A DNA stretch of 64,000 nt, taken from the IMG/VR virus record IMGVR_UViG_3300017917_002954, positions 1 to 64,000 of that record. One strand, 5' to 3'. This document shows positions 30,943-41,394 of the stretch, one piece after another. How positions within the stretch are numbered: position 1 is the first letter of the stretch; every line of letters starts with the position of its first letter. The translations under genes and the position numbers were made by a program. The notes beneath the pieces were generated by a model that saw nothing but the letters and a program-made list of their open reading frames with translations, was not told the DNA's origin and searched no databases. This stretch comes from a virus.

Positions 30943-31292
30943 ATGAAACCACACAAAATTTTTTAGAAATCTGGAACAGCCTTGAACCATGGGCTCCTCC
31001 AGTGGTGCTGTTTAGATTGTACTACGATGAGTCTGGTGCGCCAATAGAATACAGTCATGAAGACAAACCCGGTAATTACATTGATGTTGATCCAGAGACT
31101 TTTGTGAGGCAATCACAGCACGTCCGTGTGGTAAACGGACAACTGATCAAAGTTTTACCAAAAATCGCAATTGATAAACTGGTTCCAGACTCAGACACAG
31201 GAACAACTTGCTCAGTCAAGGATGTTTGTATTGTAGTCAGCAACAATGAGCCACACATTAAATGGAGTTTGAAACGCAATGAAACAAATTGA
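30939..31292 (+). CDS. Hypothetical protein
   Basis: Start revised to ATG 30939 (ATGA overlap with the upstream stop); contains FRLYYD..G. Confidence 0.6.
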   Translation: MNETTQNFLEIWNSLEPWAPPVVLFRLYYDESGAPIEYSHEDKPGNYIDVDPETFVRQSQHVRVVNGQLIKVLPKIAIDKLVPDSDTGTTCSVKDVCIVVSNNEPHIKWSLKRNETN

Positions 31293-32205
31293 TATAGCAG
31301 ACTTAGACTGCATCTATCTCAGCTACGACGAACCTCAGAAAGAAGAATTCTGGGTAAAAATACGCAACATGGTTCCTTGGGCCAAACGTGTGGATGGAGT
31401 CAAAGGTAGTGACGCCGCACACAAAGCAGCTGCGGCTGCCAGTGACACTGAACGTTTTGTTCTCATCGATGGTGATAATTTACCCGATGACAAATTTTTT
31501 AATCTGACATTGGAATTGGCTGACGAAACTTGGGAGTCCGCAGTGTTCCGTTGGCGTGCTAAAAATCACATCAATGGACTCATGTACGGCAATGGTGGAC
31601 TCAGTTCGTGGACACGCACATTTGTTAACAACATGCGTACACACGAAGCCACGGATGGTCGTACAGAAACTCAAGTAGAATTTTGTTTTGATCCGTTGTA
31701 TTGGGCGATGCACGACTGCTATTCAACTACCTATCCCAATGGCGATGCTTTTCATGCCTGGCGTGCAGGATTTCGTGAAGGTGTCAAGATGTGCCTGAAC
31801 AAAGGTGCTAGGCCCACTGTGACAGAATTTAGAGATCGTGTACATCAACGCAACTTGGATCATTTGACTGTGTGGCACAACATAGGCAGTGATGTAGAAT
31901 ATGGACAGTGGGCCATAGCCGGCTCAAGAATGGGCACATACATGACCATGCTCACAGAATGGGATCATCAACAAGTACAAAATTTTGATGCTTTACAAGA
32001 GCTTTGGGCCACTGTGGCTGATCAAGATCCAGAACTTGTGGCCAATCGAGTTGCAGAGGATTTGACCACACAGTTGGATCTTCCTATGATGTCAATGTTT
32101 GCAGAACACAGCCGTTTTTTCAAACAGCACTATAGATCAAACTGGCACAATCAAGGAATTATGATCAGAGAGATTGACGTTATACGTCAGCAAGAAGGTT
32201 GGTAA
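31279..32205 (+). CDS. Phage glycosyltransferase-like protein
   Basis: YLSYDEP...RVDGVKG.DAAHKAAA...FVLIDGDN (DxD)...N.INGL.YGNGG...AWRAGFREGVK; homologous to the C-terminal domain of 49249..51228. Confidence 0.55.
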   Translation: MKQIDIADLDCIYLSYDEPQKEEFWVKIRNMVPWAKRVDGVKGSDAAHKAAAAASDTERFVLIDGDNLPDDKFFNLTLELADETWESAVFRWRAKNHINGLMYGNGGLSSWTRTFVNNMRTHEATDGRTETQVEFCFDPLYWAMHDCYSTTYPNGDAFHAWRAGFREGVKMCLNKGARPTVTEFRDRVHQRNLDHLTVWHNIGSDVEYGQWAIAGSRMGTYMTMLTEWDHQQVQNFDALQELWATVADQDPELVANRVAEDLTTQLDLPMMSMFAEHSRFFKQHYRSNWHNQGIMIREIDVIRQQEGW

Positions 32206-32878
32206 TTTGTTTAGCTAGAGCTAGATGAGTTTGAACACCGTAGTGAAAACCGTCGCGAGCAAAATCAATTTGTTTGATTGGTTGAATTAAGTTAGACGAA
32301 TTATATTCAACTGGCTGAGGGTGCCAGTTTGGAATAAAACTGTGTATCACGGGCACAGACAAGTTTTCAATCGTTTCAAAATTGGTTTTCCAGTTAGCTA
32401 AATTTTGTTCGTCTGTGTATATAGGCTCACATTCAGTTCTTTCATCGTCGTGCCAGTTAGGAAATGGACGCTCTCGACGATGACTGAATGTATAATGTAC
32501 TATCACAGCTTTGGGATTAAAAAATTCCAATAACTCTTGGACTCTTCTGGCAATCCAGTCGTTGCTGGCACCATTGAGACTGAAGTTCAGCACAGGATAG
32601 TTTAACAACGTGGATAACTGTGCAGGCCAAGTTTGGTCAGCATTGACTCCGAGCCCTAGAGTAAAGCTGTCGCCCACTGCCAGTATTTCGTTGCCAGTGT
32701 ATTGTTCTTTTTCTCGATAGCCCATGGAATTAAATTTGTAGTGAATTTGTTCAGGGTAAGAATGATAGTGTGCTGAATTCAAACAATGAGCGGGACTGTC
32801 TAAACCAATGGTATCGCATACCATATTGGCATAATAGGGAATAGTGACAGTTTGTGCTAGGGTCCGGAGCTGGTCCAT
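32180..32878 (-). CDS. SGNH/GDSL-like hydrolase or acyltransferase
   Basis: YKFNSMGYR, GDSFT.G.GV, TWP, N.SLNGASN and a C-terminal RDGFH (D..H). Confidence 0.65.
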   Translation of the reverse strand: MDQLRTLAQTVTIPYYANMVCDTIGLDSPAHCLNSAHYHSYPEQIHYKFNSMGYREKEQYTGNEILAVGDSFTLGLGVNADQTWPAQLSTLLNYPVLNFSLNGASNDWIARRVQELLEFFNPKAVIVHYTFSHRRERPFPNWHDDERTECEPIYTDEQNLANWKTNFETIENLSVPVIHSFIPNWHPQPVEYNSSNLIQPIKQIDFARDGFHYGVQTHLALAKQITNLLADV

Positions 32879-32883
32879 AAATA
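32878..32883 (+). promoter_or_regulatory. Putative late promoter motif TAAATA in an 11-nt divergent gap
   Basis: TAAATA 6 nt before the ATG at 32890. Confidence 0.5.
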
Positions 32884-32889
32884 TTTGAT

Positions 32890-33987
32890 ATGAATGTTCT
32901 CATACTTACCCCTGATCGGGTTGGCTCCACATTATTGCAAAGATTAATAACGGTTTACGCCAATATCAATGAAAATGGTCAACCGTTGTCTATTAACCTG
33001 CATGAGTTGACCAATGGATTGACCAAATACCACAGCACAGAGTTTGATCGAGAGGTACTGGGTAAAAAATCTGATGGTTGGGGCTATCATCAAAGTCTGG
33101 TCGAAATTGCGTCAATGATTGACAGTGTTGATCATGACATCGTTAGTCGTTTGGCACACTATCATATCAAAAATAGAAAAGATAACATTGCTGAACAGTT
33201 GGAGTTTTATCGATATCTAAATGAAAATTTTTATATCATTGCTGCTCGTCGTAAAAATTTGTTTGAACATGCAATGAGTTGGTGTATAGCAACAGAATCT
33301 AAAAAACTCAACGTGTATAATTTTGATGAGAAATACGAAACTTATCAACGCATAGCCAAACATGGAGTAAATGTTCAGTCCGAATCCATTGAAAAATATC
33401 TCAATCAATATCATGAATATCTGGATTGGGTTGACAGACACTTTCATGTCAACAGTTATTTTGAATATGAAAGAGATCTGCCCAACATTGAAAACTATAT
33501 TTTGAATCTTGGAACATTCAAAGACTTTGAACACACGCAAAATTGGCTTGACCATTTTGGTATTTCATGGGACTCCTGGAACAGAATGCATTATCTGTTG
33601 AGTTTGGTACCATGGCAGTACTATTTCAGTGATGAAGAAAAAGACTTTATAAAAACCAATATCGATCTGTATTCAGCTACTCGTGTAAAAATACAGGACC
33701 TTCAGGACAGCGGAGTGTTGGTCAGCGGGATACCCATCAAGTTGCACACACTCAAGCAAAAGGCAGAATTGATCACAAATATTTCTCAATGTTTGGAACA
33801 CTATAACCATTGGATAGGAGTCAATAGACCTTCCTACGCATTGGCCTACAAACCAGAAACATTGAGCCAAACTGCACTGTTGGAGCACAGCCAGTGGTCT
33901 ACAGCACCCGGAAATATTGTATCACAATTGACATCGGCAGACGTTTCGGAACAGAAACTTTTGATGTCGGACCTCCGTCTTTCTTGA
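32890..33987 (+). CDS. Sulfotransferase/P-loop-like protein
   Basis: N-terminal LILTPDRVGSTLLQ resembles a PAPS-binding loop (RxGST); later R.NLFE.A.S and YE.D. Confidence 0.45.
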   Translation: MNVLILTPDRVGSTLLQRLITVYANINENGQPLSINLHELTNGLTKYHSTEFDREVLGKKSDGWGYHQSLVEIASMIDSVDHDIVSRLAHYHIKNRKDNIAEQLEFYRYLNENFYIIAARRKNLFEHAMSWCIATESKKLNVYNFDEKYETYQRIAKHGVNVQSESIEKYLNQYHEYLDWVDRHFHVNSYFEYERDLPNIENYILNLGTFKDFEHTQNWLDHFGISWDSWNRMHYLLSLVPWQYYFSDEEKDFIKTNIDLYSATRVKIQDLQDSGVLVSGIPIKLHTLKQKAELITNISQCLEHYNHWIGVNRPSYALAYKPETLSQTALLEHSQWSTAPGNIVSQLTSADVSEQKLLMSDLRLS

Positions 33988-34012
33988 CCTTTACAAATAA
34001 AAAAGTTATAAT
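33984..34012 (+). promoter_or_regulatory. Consensus sigma70 promoter (leaderless)
   Basis: TTGACC(33984)-17 nt-TATAAT(34007); the ATG at 34018 follows after 5 nt. Confidence 0.75.
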
Positions 34013-34017
34013 AAAAG

Positions 34018-34704
34018 ATGATTATTGCATTCTATCCTGGCGGCTGTGGCAACAGATACTTACAGTATCTATTGGGCAACGAGTGGTCCACACATCGCAG
34101 AAGCTATGACAACGCTGCCTTTCAGTTGTTTGAGCATCGTTATCTATTGAGTTCAGTTCCTCCTGCTGTGCAAGAGCACACGCTGACACACAGCGTGAAT
34201 TCTGAACAAATCAGTCGTGCGTTTCCGGATCAGCCCATTGTGTTTATCAAAACTGATCTTCAACAGAGCCTGCGCCGAGAATGGATGTTGCACGGGCATG
34301 AGAGATTCATGACCAAGAAAGCCAAAACAGACCCATCTCGTCTTGAACACTATAATGCAATCAAAGACAGCTCTTGGCCCAACATTGACAGTGCTGAACT
34401 GCTGGACAGTTTACCAGAGCACATTTTGAAAGAAGTCAATGACAACTATGTACAAACAACAGCCACAACTGGTATAATCTCAAACATGATAGTCGAATAC
34501 TCAAACAAAATTGAGTCAGCCTATGAAAATATTCAATGGCACCTTGATTATTATAAAACCTATCCTGAAGACTTTTCTAAAGCTACAACAGTGATTGATG
34601 TTGCATCGTCAGACACTAAATTTGCTCAAACAATTAGAAACGAACTTGGGTTGTATTCCAGTGAAGTATTTGATAACGTATGGAACAAAATTCATGAGCA
34701 ATAA
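34018..34704 (+). CDS. Hypothetical protein
   Basis: 228 aa; N-terminal AFYPGGCGN loop and YNAIKDSSWP motif. Confidence 0.6.
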   Translation: MIIAFYPGGCGNRYLQYLLGNEWSTHRRSYDNAAFQLFEHRYLLSSVPPAVQEHTLTHSVNSEQISRAFPDQPIVFIKTDLQQSLRREWMLHGHERFMTKKAKTDPSRLEHYNAIKDSSWPNIDSAELLDSLPEHILKEVNDNYVQTTATTGIISNMIVEYSNKIESAYENIQWHLDYYKTYPEDFSKATTVIDVASSDTKFAQTIRNELGLYSSEVFDNVWNKIHEQ

Positions 34705-36103
34705 CAAAGGCGACGAATCAGTCAATAACAAGAGCAAATTTCTTAGCAGTGCTGAACAAATGAAACAGGCACTAGGAGAAGGTTTGTGCTTGGCCAAATG
34801 GAAACAGGTCAGCTTGCATTTGCCCACAGGATTAAACAACAGTTGCTATCATCCGCCCTTGCATGAGATACCTGCAGAACTATTGATCTCTAATCCCAGT
34901 GCGCTACACAATACTCCACACAAAAAAGAGCAACGTAAGATTATGTTGCGCCAAGAACGACCCACGGAGTGCAGTTATTGTTGGGCCATGGAAGACAATG
35001 GCAAGCTGAGTGATCGACACTATAGATCAGGAGAACCCTGGGCTGCCAAAGATTTTGATGTCATAGTAAATTCAAACGGAGATGAAGATGTTATTCCCAG
35101 TTATGTTGAAGTTAATTTTAATAATGCCTGCAATCTTTCTTGTAGTTATTGTAGCCCACAATTTAGCAGTACCTGGGCACAAGAGGTGGAACGTTGGGGC
35201 GGGTATCCTACAACAACTATTCATAATGATCCTGGCCATTTTGTGGGTCGTAATCGTCCTATCCCTGCAAGAGAGGACAACCCCTATGTTGACGCATTCT
35301 GGCAGTGGTGGCCCACCCTGTACCCAGAACTAGAACATTTCCGTATGACCGGTGGCGAGCCACTACTAGACAAAAATACCTATCGAGTGTTTGACTATGT
35401 GTTGGCCAATCCCAAACCCAATCTACATCTCAATGTGACTTCAAACTTTAGTGTAGATGAAAAGTCATGGAACAAATATCTGGGTTATGTCAAGCAATTA
35501 TGTGAAGGTGAACGGATTGAACACTTTATGCAATACGTTAGTTTGGATGCCTGGGGTGATCAAGCAGAATACATCAGACACGGACTAGACTTTAATTTGT
35601 TATGGGATCGTGTGAATCAATTCTTGACCGAGATACCTGGACGTAATAGTATTACATTTATTGTGACCATGAACAATCTTTCAGTCACTAGCTTGGGTAG
35701 TTTAATGGCTGGCATACTGGGACTAAGACACATATACTCCAAGACCTATCAGCGTATCTGGTTTGATACTCCTGTGTTGCGTACTCCTACCTGGCAGAGT
35801 TTACAGTTATTGCCTGAAAGCTATGTGGATCATCTGGAACAAACCTGGACCTGGATGATGAAAAATTTAGAAAAACCCGAAGATCCATTTCACGGATTCA
35901 AAGACTATGAATTGGCTAGATTGGATCGAGACATTGCCTGGATGCGTGATGGTCAACGATTGGATGCTGACTATGTGGCTCGAAACAAAGCAGACTTCTA
36001 TAGATTCTTCACTGAACACGATCGTCGCCGCGGCACCAACTTCCTAAAGACTTTCCCAGAAATGAGTGCTTGGTGGTCAGAATGTGAGTACCATGCTAGG
36101 TAA
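34694..36103 (+). CDS. Radical SAM enzyme with N-terminal twitch-like domain (1 of 6)
   Basis: CNLSCSYC and TGGEPL; N-terminal CLAKW...SCYHPP...CSYCW; start revised to ATG 34694. Confidence 0.9.
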   Translation: MSNNKGDESVNNKSKFLSSAEQMKQALGEGLCLAKWKQVSLHLPTGLNNSCYHPPLHEIPAELLISNPSALHNTPHKKEQRKIMLRQERPTECSYCWAMEDNGKLSDRHYRSGEPWAAKDFDVIVNSNGDEDVIPSYVEVNFNNACNLSCSYCSPQFSSTWAQEVERWGGYPTTTIHNDPGHFVGRNRPIPAREDNPYVDAFWQWWPTLYPELEHFRMTGGEPLLDKNTYRVFDYVLANPKPNLHLNVTSNFSVDEKSWNKYLGYVKQLCEGERIEHFMQYVSLDAWGDQAEYIRHGLDFNLLWDRVNQFLTEIPGRNSITFIVTMNNLSVTSLGSLMAGILGLRHIYSKTYQRIWFDTPVLRTPTWQSLQLLPESYVDHLEQTWTWMMKNLEKPEDPFHGFKDYELARLDRDIAWMRDGQRLDADYVARNKADFYRFFTEHDRRRGTNFLKTFPEMSAWWSECEYHAR

Positions 36104-37229
36104 TCGCCAGCTGGTTGTAGACTCGGCCTGCGGCATTGCTCAATTACTACAACCCTGGACTGACAGCCAGTTCTCTACATTTCAATCAGTGGAGTCAGTG
36201 CCGGGCAACATTTACTTGTTTGGTCGCCAACAGCTGATTGACAACAAGCAACGCATAATAGAAATGGCCGAGTCTGGTCACTACACTGTGATATTTTGTG
36301 ATGTGTGTGAAGGATCTTGGACTCTGCAGAGTCAGGTACAGATGCTGGGTATTGAACCGTTGATTCAGCAACACAAGATATTGTTGATATCCGGTGGAGA
36401 ACAACAAACAGATTATCCTTACATACAGTATGATCATTTTTTGATTGAGATATTAAACTATGAAACAAATCTCACTGAAATGAGTCGCATCAATGAGATC
36501 TTTGATTGCAAACAAAAACCTTATAAATTTTTATTTCTAAATGGGCGTGCCAGACCTCACAGAAAATATTTGTACGAACGTTTCAAGCAGTTAAATTTGT
36601 TGGATCAAAGTCTGTGGACCATGTTGGAAAGTCGTCCTTGCTTTACACAAAGTTTTGAACTCATGGATAACAATATCAACTTAATGGCCACTGTTAGCGA
36701 ACTAAAATGGCTACCAAAAAACTATGAAGTTGACCGCTATCAAAATTCAACCATTGAGCCAGGGCCAGCAAAACGCACCATGGTCAAACAAGAACTATTC
36801 AATCATACCTGGGGTGAAATTTATCTAAGGGCCGAGCCATACATTGATACCTATTTTTCTTTGGTCACCGAAACAGTGTTTGAGCAACCGTGGCCCTTTA
36901 GAACAGAAAAGATAGCCAAACCTTTGATGATGGGTCATCCTTTTGTAGTGGCCAGTGGCCCGGGCTTTTATCGAGACTTACATAGATTGGGTTTTCAAAC
37001 ATTTGGACACGTGATCGACGAATCATTTGATTCAATTGACAATCATCGAGACAGAATAGAACGGATTATAGCAGTGGTCTCTGATCTTTGTCAACAGGAT
37101 CTTGACTCTTTCCTAGCAGAATGCTATACTGTGTGTAAATACAATCAGCAACATCTTCAAGACATCGCTCCCCGATTAAAAGCTGAATTTCCAGAAAGAT
37201 TTATTAACTTTATGTCTCAACATGAATGA
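36093..37229 (+). CDS. Glycosyltransferase-like protein (GT-B, GT10-like TEK motif)
   Basis: FLFLN.R.RPHR...SLVTET...FRTEK..K......PF......L...GF.TF...IDESFD; paralog of the genes at 46993 and 48162. Confidence 0.5.
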   Translation: MLGNRQLVVDSACGIAQLLQPWTDSQFSTFQSVESVPGNIYLFGRQQLIDNKQRIIEMAESGHYTVIFCDVCEGSWTLQSQVQMLGIEPLIQQHKILLISGGEQQTDYPYIQYDHFLIEILNYETNLTEMSRINEIFDCKQKPYKFLFLNGRARPHRKYLYERFKQLNLLDQSLWTMLESRPCFTQSFELMDNNINLMATVSELKWLPKNYEVDRYQNSTIEPGPAKRTMVKQELFNHTWGEIYLRAEPYIDTYFSLVTETVFEQPWPFRTEKIAKPLMMGHPFVVASGPGFYRDLHRLGFQTFGHVIDESFDSIDNHRDRIERIIAVVSDLCQQDLDSFLAECYTVCKYNQQHLQDIAPRLKAEFPERFINFMSQHE

Positions 37230-38559
37230 TTTAGAATTTCGACAACAAATACTAGATACAAAAAGCGCCAGCTTTTGTGCAGCCAAATGGTACAATGCTA
37301 CCATATGGTTAGGTTCTGGCATGACCACCAGTTGCCATCATCCGCCAGCACACCTAGTGGATCGTGAAGCTGTGCAACAAAATCCTCGACTGCTACACAA
37401 CACACCTCAAAAAAAGAACGATCGAGAGTTGATGTTGCGTGGCGAACGTCCAGCGGGTTGTGAATACTGCTGGAAGATTGAAGACATGGGTCGTGACGCT
37501 ATAAGTGATCGTGTTTACAAATCAAAAATTTATCCCATAAAGGCCTTAGATGAAGCATATAACACACCTAGTGACCAAGACGTTAACCTACGTACACTCG
37601 AGATTGCTTTCGATCGCACTTGCCAGTTCGCTTGTTCTTATTGTAATCCAGCCTTTAGCTCAACCTGGGTCAAGGACATCCGTAATAATGGCCCTTACAC
37701 TGCTCTTGTCAGTGACGGTCGCAATCATTTTACACATACACACGACAGTAGTCAATTATATAAATTTGGTGAAACGAATCCCTATGTCGACGCTTTCTTT
37801 GCCTGGTGGGAATCAGACCTACACAAGACGCTGGAAGAACTCCGTATTACAGGTGGAGAACCACTTATGTCGGGCGAAACGTGGAAACTGCTCGATTGGT
37901 TTAAAGCCAACCGGGGTAAGAGTACCACACGCCTTGCGATCAATTCCAACCTGGGTGCAGAAGTAGACGTAGATAGATTGTTAGACTCAATTGACGGCTT
38001 GGAAGTAGACATCTACACATCAAATGAATCAGTGGGTCCGCAGGCCGAGTACATTCGAGACGGACTAGATTGGCGAGCTTGGATCACCAACGTGAATAAA
38101 ATAGCCACATCAGGACGTGTTCGTAGAATACACATAATGAACACCATCAATGCCTTGTGCTTGGATAGCTTGCCAGAGTTTTTGGATCTAGTTATTTGGT
38201 TCAAAAACATACACGGCACAGACAAGATCAGTTTTACGTTAAATATATTAAGATTTCCAAGTTTTCAAAGTCCACTGGTACTCAGTGAAGATCTACGCAC
38301 ATACTATCGAGATCGTTTGACAGAATTTTATGTGCGTACCAAAGACACTGGCGCTCTACAAGAACACGAATGCAATCACATACAACGCTTGATTGACTAT
38401 TTGGATGTTGTAAAAACTCCACACAGCGAAGCATTTGACATGCCCAAGTTGTTGAATGATTTCCGACAGTTCTACACGCAATATGATCAACGTCGAGGAA
38501 AAGACTTTGCAAAAACATTTCCACATCTAGCAGAATGGTACAATGACATATCAATATAA
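37222..38559 (+). CDS. Radical SAM enzyme with N-terminal twitch-like domain (2 of 6)
   Basis: CQFACSYC and TGGEPL; FCAAKW...SCHHPP...CEYCW. Confidence 0.9.
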   Translation: MNDLEFRQQILDTKSASFCAAKWYNATIWLGSGMTTSCHHPPAHLVDREAVQQNPRLLHNTPQKKNDRELMLRGERPAGCEYCWKIEDMGRDAISDRVYKSKIYPIKALDEAYNTPSDQDVNLRTLEIAFDRTCQFACSYCNPAFSSTWVKDIRNNGPYTALVSDGRNHFTHTHDSSQLYKFGETNPYVDAFFAWWESDLHKTLEELRITGGEPLMSGETWKLLDWFKANRGKSTTRLAINSNLGAEVDVDRLLDSIDGLEVDIYTSNESVGPQAEYIRDGLDWRAWITNVNKIATSGRVRRIHIMNTINALCLDSLPEFLDLVIWFKNIHGTDKISFTLNILRFPSFQSPLVLSEDLRTYYRDRLTEFYVRTKDTGALQEHECNHIQRLIDYLDVVKTPHSEAFDMPKLLNDFRQFYTQYDQRRGKDFAKTFPHLAEWYNDISI

Positions 38560-39823
38560 CAGCACAGACCTGGTAAAGAAAGTTGCGTTGACCGAACGCG
38601 AAGAATTTTTATTAAAAGATTCTAAAACATTTTGTATCTATCCTTGGATACACTTACATGCTTACCCCACTGGTGAAGCATATCCTTGCTGTCATGCCGA
38701 AATGGGCGTGGGTCAAGTTGGAAACTGTAGAGAAAATACACTCAAAGAAATTTGGAACAGTGACGCACAGAAAAAACTCAGAACAGACATGCTGACAGAA
38801 ACACCCAATCCTGCTTGTGCTCGTTGCTATGAACAAGAAGAGTCAGGATTCTTTTCGGGTCGTAGATCAGCCAACAAACATCATGGACATCATGTTGGGC
38901 GTGTGGTCATGACAGAGCCAGATGGTCATGTAAATCACTTTGGCATGACCTATTGGGACATACGTTTTAGCAATTTGTGTAATTTAAGTTGTAGAAGTTG
39001 TGGACACATCTTTAGTAGTTCGTGGTATCAAGATCAAGCTCAATTGGCAGGTCCAACCTGGGCATTGAACAATTCTGCTCTGAACATTGCTGGTCGTGAT
39101 AAAAATGACATGTGGGAACAGTTGTTGCCGCACCTTGACTATGTAGAGCAAATATACTTTGCTGGTGGCGAACCTTTGATGATGGAAGAACACTACAACA
39201 TATTGGACGAGCTAGAACGACGTGGACGTTTTGATGTGCGTTTGATCTACAACACAAACTTTACACAGACCAAGCTCAAAGATCGAGAAGTGTTTGACTA
39301 CTGGCGCAAGTTCAAAAGTGTAGCAGTGGGAGCCAGCCTAGATGCCCAGGGTCCACGTGCTGAATACATTAGACGTGGCACTGATTGGGCTCGTGTGGAA
39401 CGCAATCGCAAAGAAATGATGCGAGTGTGTCCTGAAGTAGATTTTTACATCAGTCCAACACTGAGCATTTTAAATGCCTGGCACTTGCCTGATTTTCACC
39501 GTGACTGGGTCAATCGAGGTCTGTTAAAACCTCAAGACTTGAATGTAAACATACTTCAAGATCCTGCTTACTTGCGCATTGATATTGCAACAACAGAATA
39601 CAAAGAACGACTCAATGCTCGTTATCAAGAACACTTGGATTGGTTGCGTCCACAGGATCGACTCAACAGAGCCACTGTGGGTTTTGAATCAGCCGTTAAC
39701 TTTATGATGGCCACTGATAACACTCACTTGATTGACACGTTCTGGCGCAAGACACACGAGTTGGATACAATAAGAAAAGAAAACGTACTGGATGTAATTC
39801 CGGAATTAAAAATACTGCAATGA
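38543..39823 (+). CDS. Radical SAM enzyme with N-terminal twitch-like domain (3 of 6)
   Basis: CNLSCRSC and AGGEPL; FCIYPW...PCC...CARC. Confidence 0.92.
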   Translation: MTYQYNSTDLVKKVALTEREEFLLKDSKTFCIYPWIHLHAYPTGEAYPCCHAEMGVGQVGNCRENTLKEIWNSDAQKKLRTDMLTETPNPACARCYEQEESGFFSGRRSANKHHGHHVGRVVMTEPDGHVNHFGMTYWDIRFSNLCNLSCRSCGHIFSSSWYQDQAQLAGPTWALNNSALNIAGRDKNDMWEQLLPHLDYVEQIYFAGGEPLMMEEHYNILDELERRGRFDVRLIYNTNFTQTKLKDREVFDYWRKFKSVAVGASLDAQGPRAEYIRRGTDWARVERNRKEMMRVCPEVDFYISPTLSILNAWHLPDFHRDWVNRGLLKPQDLNVNILQDPAYLRIDIATTEYKERLNARYQEHLDWLRPQDRLNRATVGFESAVNFMMATDNTHLIDTFWRKTHELDTIRKENVLDVIPELKILQ

Positions 39824-41394
39824 ATATCAACGAGAAACTCAACTACTATCAACAAAACTTTGATGTAGTCGGTGTATTCTTTTTGTCAGGATGGTCTGTG
39901 GAATCTTGGATTTCACAGTGGAAGAAATTTGAAATTGAATTGGCATCTGCTAGAAAATCGTCCTTTGCTGACCGCGATAGAATTGTATTTGTATTTGATC
40001 CACAGGAATACGATGCACTAACGTTTCAAAGTTTTTTTAAAAAGTTCATACAAAAATTATTTGAAATAGACATCAGTAATTTTTTTGCTGTGTTGCTAAC
40101 CAGTGATGATCCTGCGGTGCTGTTGGAATATTTCAAACAGTACAGCCCTGATCCAGTACTGCCAACAGTTGATACCTACAGTGCTGTAATCAACCACAAA
40201 GAATCTCAACCCACTGATACCTTTTGTATTTTGCCCTGGAATCATTTGATGGTGACTCCTTATCAAACAATCAAAACTTGCTGTATGGGACAAAGTGTGT
40301 TGGGTCAAGTTGACAAAAACACTCTGGCAGAAGTATGGAACAATGATACCATGACGGAGATCAGACAAAGTTTGCTTCAAAACAAGCATCATCCAAACTG
40401 TTCTGATTGTTATACCAACGAAAAACACGGCAATCAAAGTTTGAGACAGAAACTCAACAGTGCGTTTGAACAACAAGTTGCCAAGGTCAAACAAAGCAAC
40501 AATGCAGTTGCGGAAACTTTTGAATTAAAATATTTTGATTTGCGATTTACAAACTTGTGCAACATTAGATGTAGAACATGCAATCATCACTCAAGTTCAA
40601 AATGGTATCAAGACACTGTCAAACTTGATCCCTTGTACGCCAAGCCAGTGCTAATGAAAGCCGGAAGACACGAAACTGACATTTGGGAACAACTAGAATC
40701 TCATTTGGACTGTGTTGAACAGATATACTTTGCTGGCGGCGAACCCTTGATCATGGAAGAACACTACAAGTTGTTGGATGAACTTGAACACCGTGGCAGA
40801 TTTGATGTACGACTGGTTTACAATACCAATTTCACGCAGACCAAACTCAAAGATCGCGAAGTATTTGATTACTGGCGTAAATTCAAAACAGTCAGAGTTG
40901 GTGCCAGTTTAGATGCCATGGGTGATCGAGCTGACTACATTAGAAAAGACAGCAAATGGGCAGTGATTGAATCCAATCGTCGAGCAATGATGGAAATTTG
41001 TCCTGAGGTGCATTTTGAAATCACACCAACTGTGAGCATCATGAATGTCATGCACTTGCCTGATTTTCATCAGCACTGGGTTGAACTAGGACTTATTCGA
41101 CCGCAAGACGTAAAACTAAATATTCTTCAAGATCCGCACTACTATAGAATTGACATTGCCTCCGACCGATACAAACAATCTGTGGAAAAAAGAGTGCAAG
41201 AACACTGTGAGTGGTTGAAACAATATCCTAACACAGAAACAATTCAACAAAGCTATATGTCCGTTATAAATTATATGTTTGCCAATGATAACACACAATG
41301 GTTGCCAGAATTTTGGCAACGTACTCGAGTGTTGGACTCACTACGCAATGAAGAAGTTTTGCAAATACTACCTGAGCTATGGGATTTACTATGA
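39820..41394 (+). CDS. Radical SAM enzyme with twitch-like domain and ~130-aa N-terminal extension (4 of 6)
   Basis: CNIRCRTC and AGGEPL; FCILPW...TCC...CSDC; close paralog of 38543..39823. Confidence 0.92.
   Translation: MNINEKLNYYQQNFDVVGVFFLSGWSVESWISQWKKFEIELASARKSSFADRDRIVFVFDPQEYDALTFQSFFKKFIQKLFEIDISNFFAVLLTSDDPAVLLEYFKQYSPDPVLPTVDTYSAVINHKESQPTDTFCILPWNHLMVTPYQTIKTCCMGQSVLGQVDKNTLAEVWNNDTMTEIRQSLLQNKHHPNCSDCYTNEKHGNQSLRQKLNSAFEQQVAKVKQSNNAVAETFELKYFDLRFTNLCNIRCRTCNHHSSSKWYQDTVKLDPLYAKPVLMKAGRHETDIWEQLESHLDCVEQIYFAGGEPLIMEEHYKLLDELEHRGRFDVRLVYNTNFTQTKLKDREVFDYWRKFKTVRVGASLDAMGDRADYIRKDSKWAVIESNRRAMMEICPEVHFEITPTVSIMNVMHLPDFHQHWVELGLIRPQDVKLNILQDPHYYRIDIASDRYKQSVEKRVQEHCEWLKQYPNTETIQQSYMSVINYMFANDNTQWLPEFWQRTRVLDSLRNEEVLQILPELWDLL

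Noticed and set aside
39147-40887. Near-identical DNA segments as a possible diversity-generating retroelement TR/VR pair
   Set aside because: The differences are mainly synonymous third positions, not adenine-specific. Both copies are inside radical SAM cores, and no reverse transcriptase is seen.
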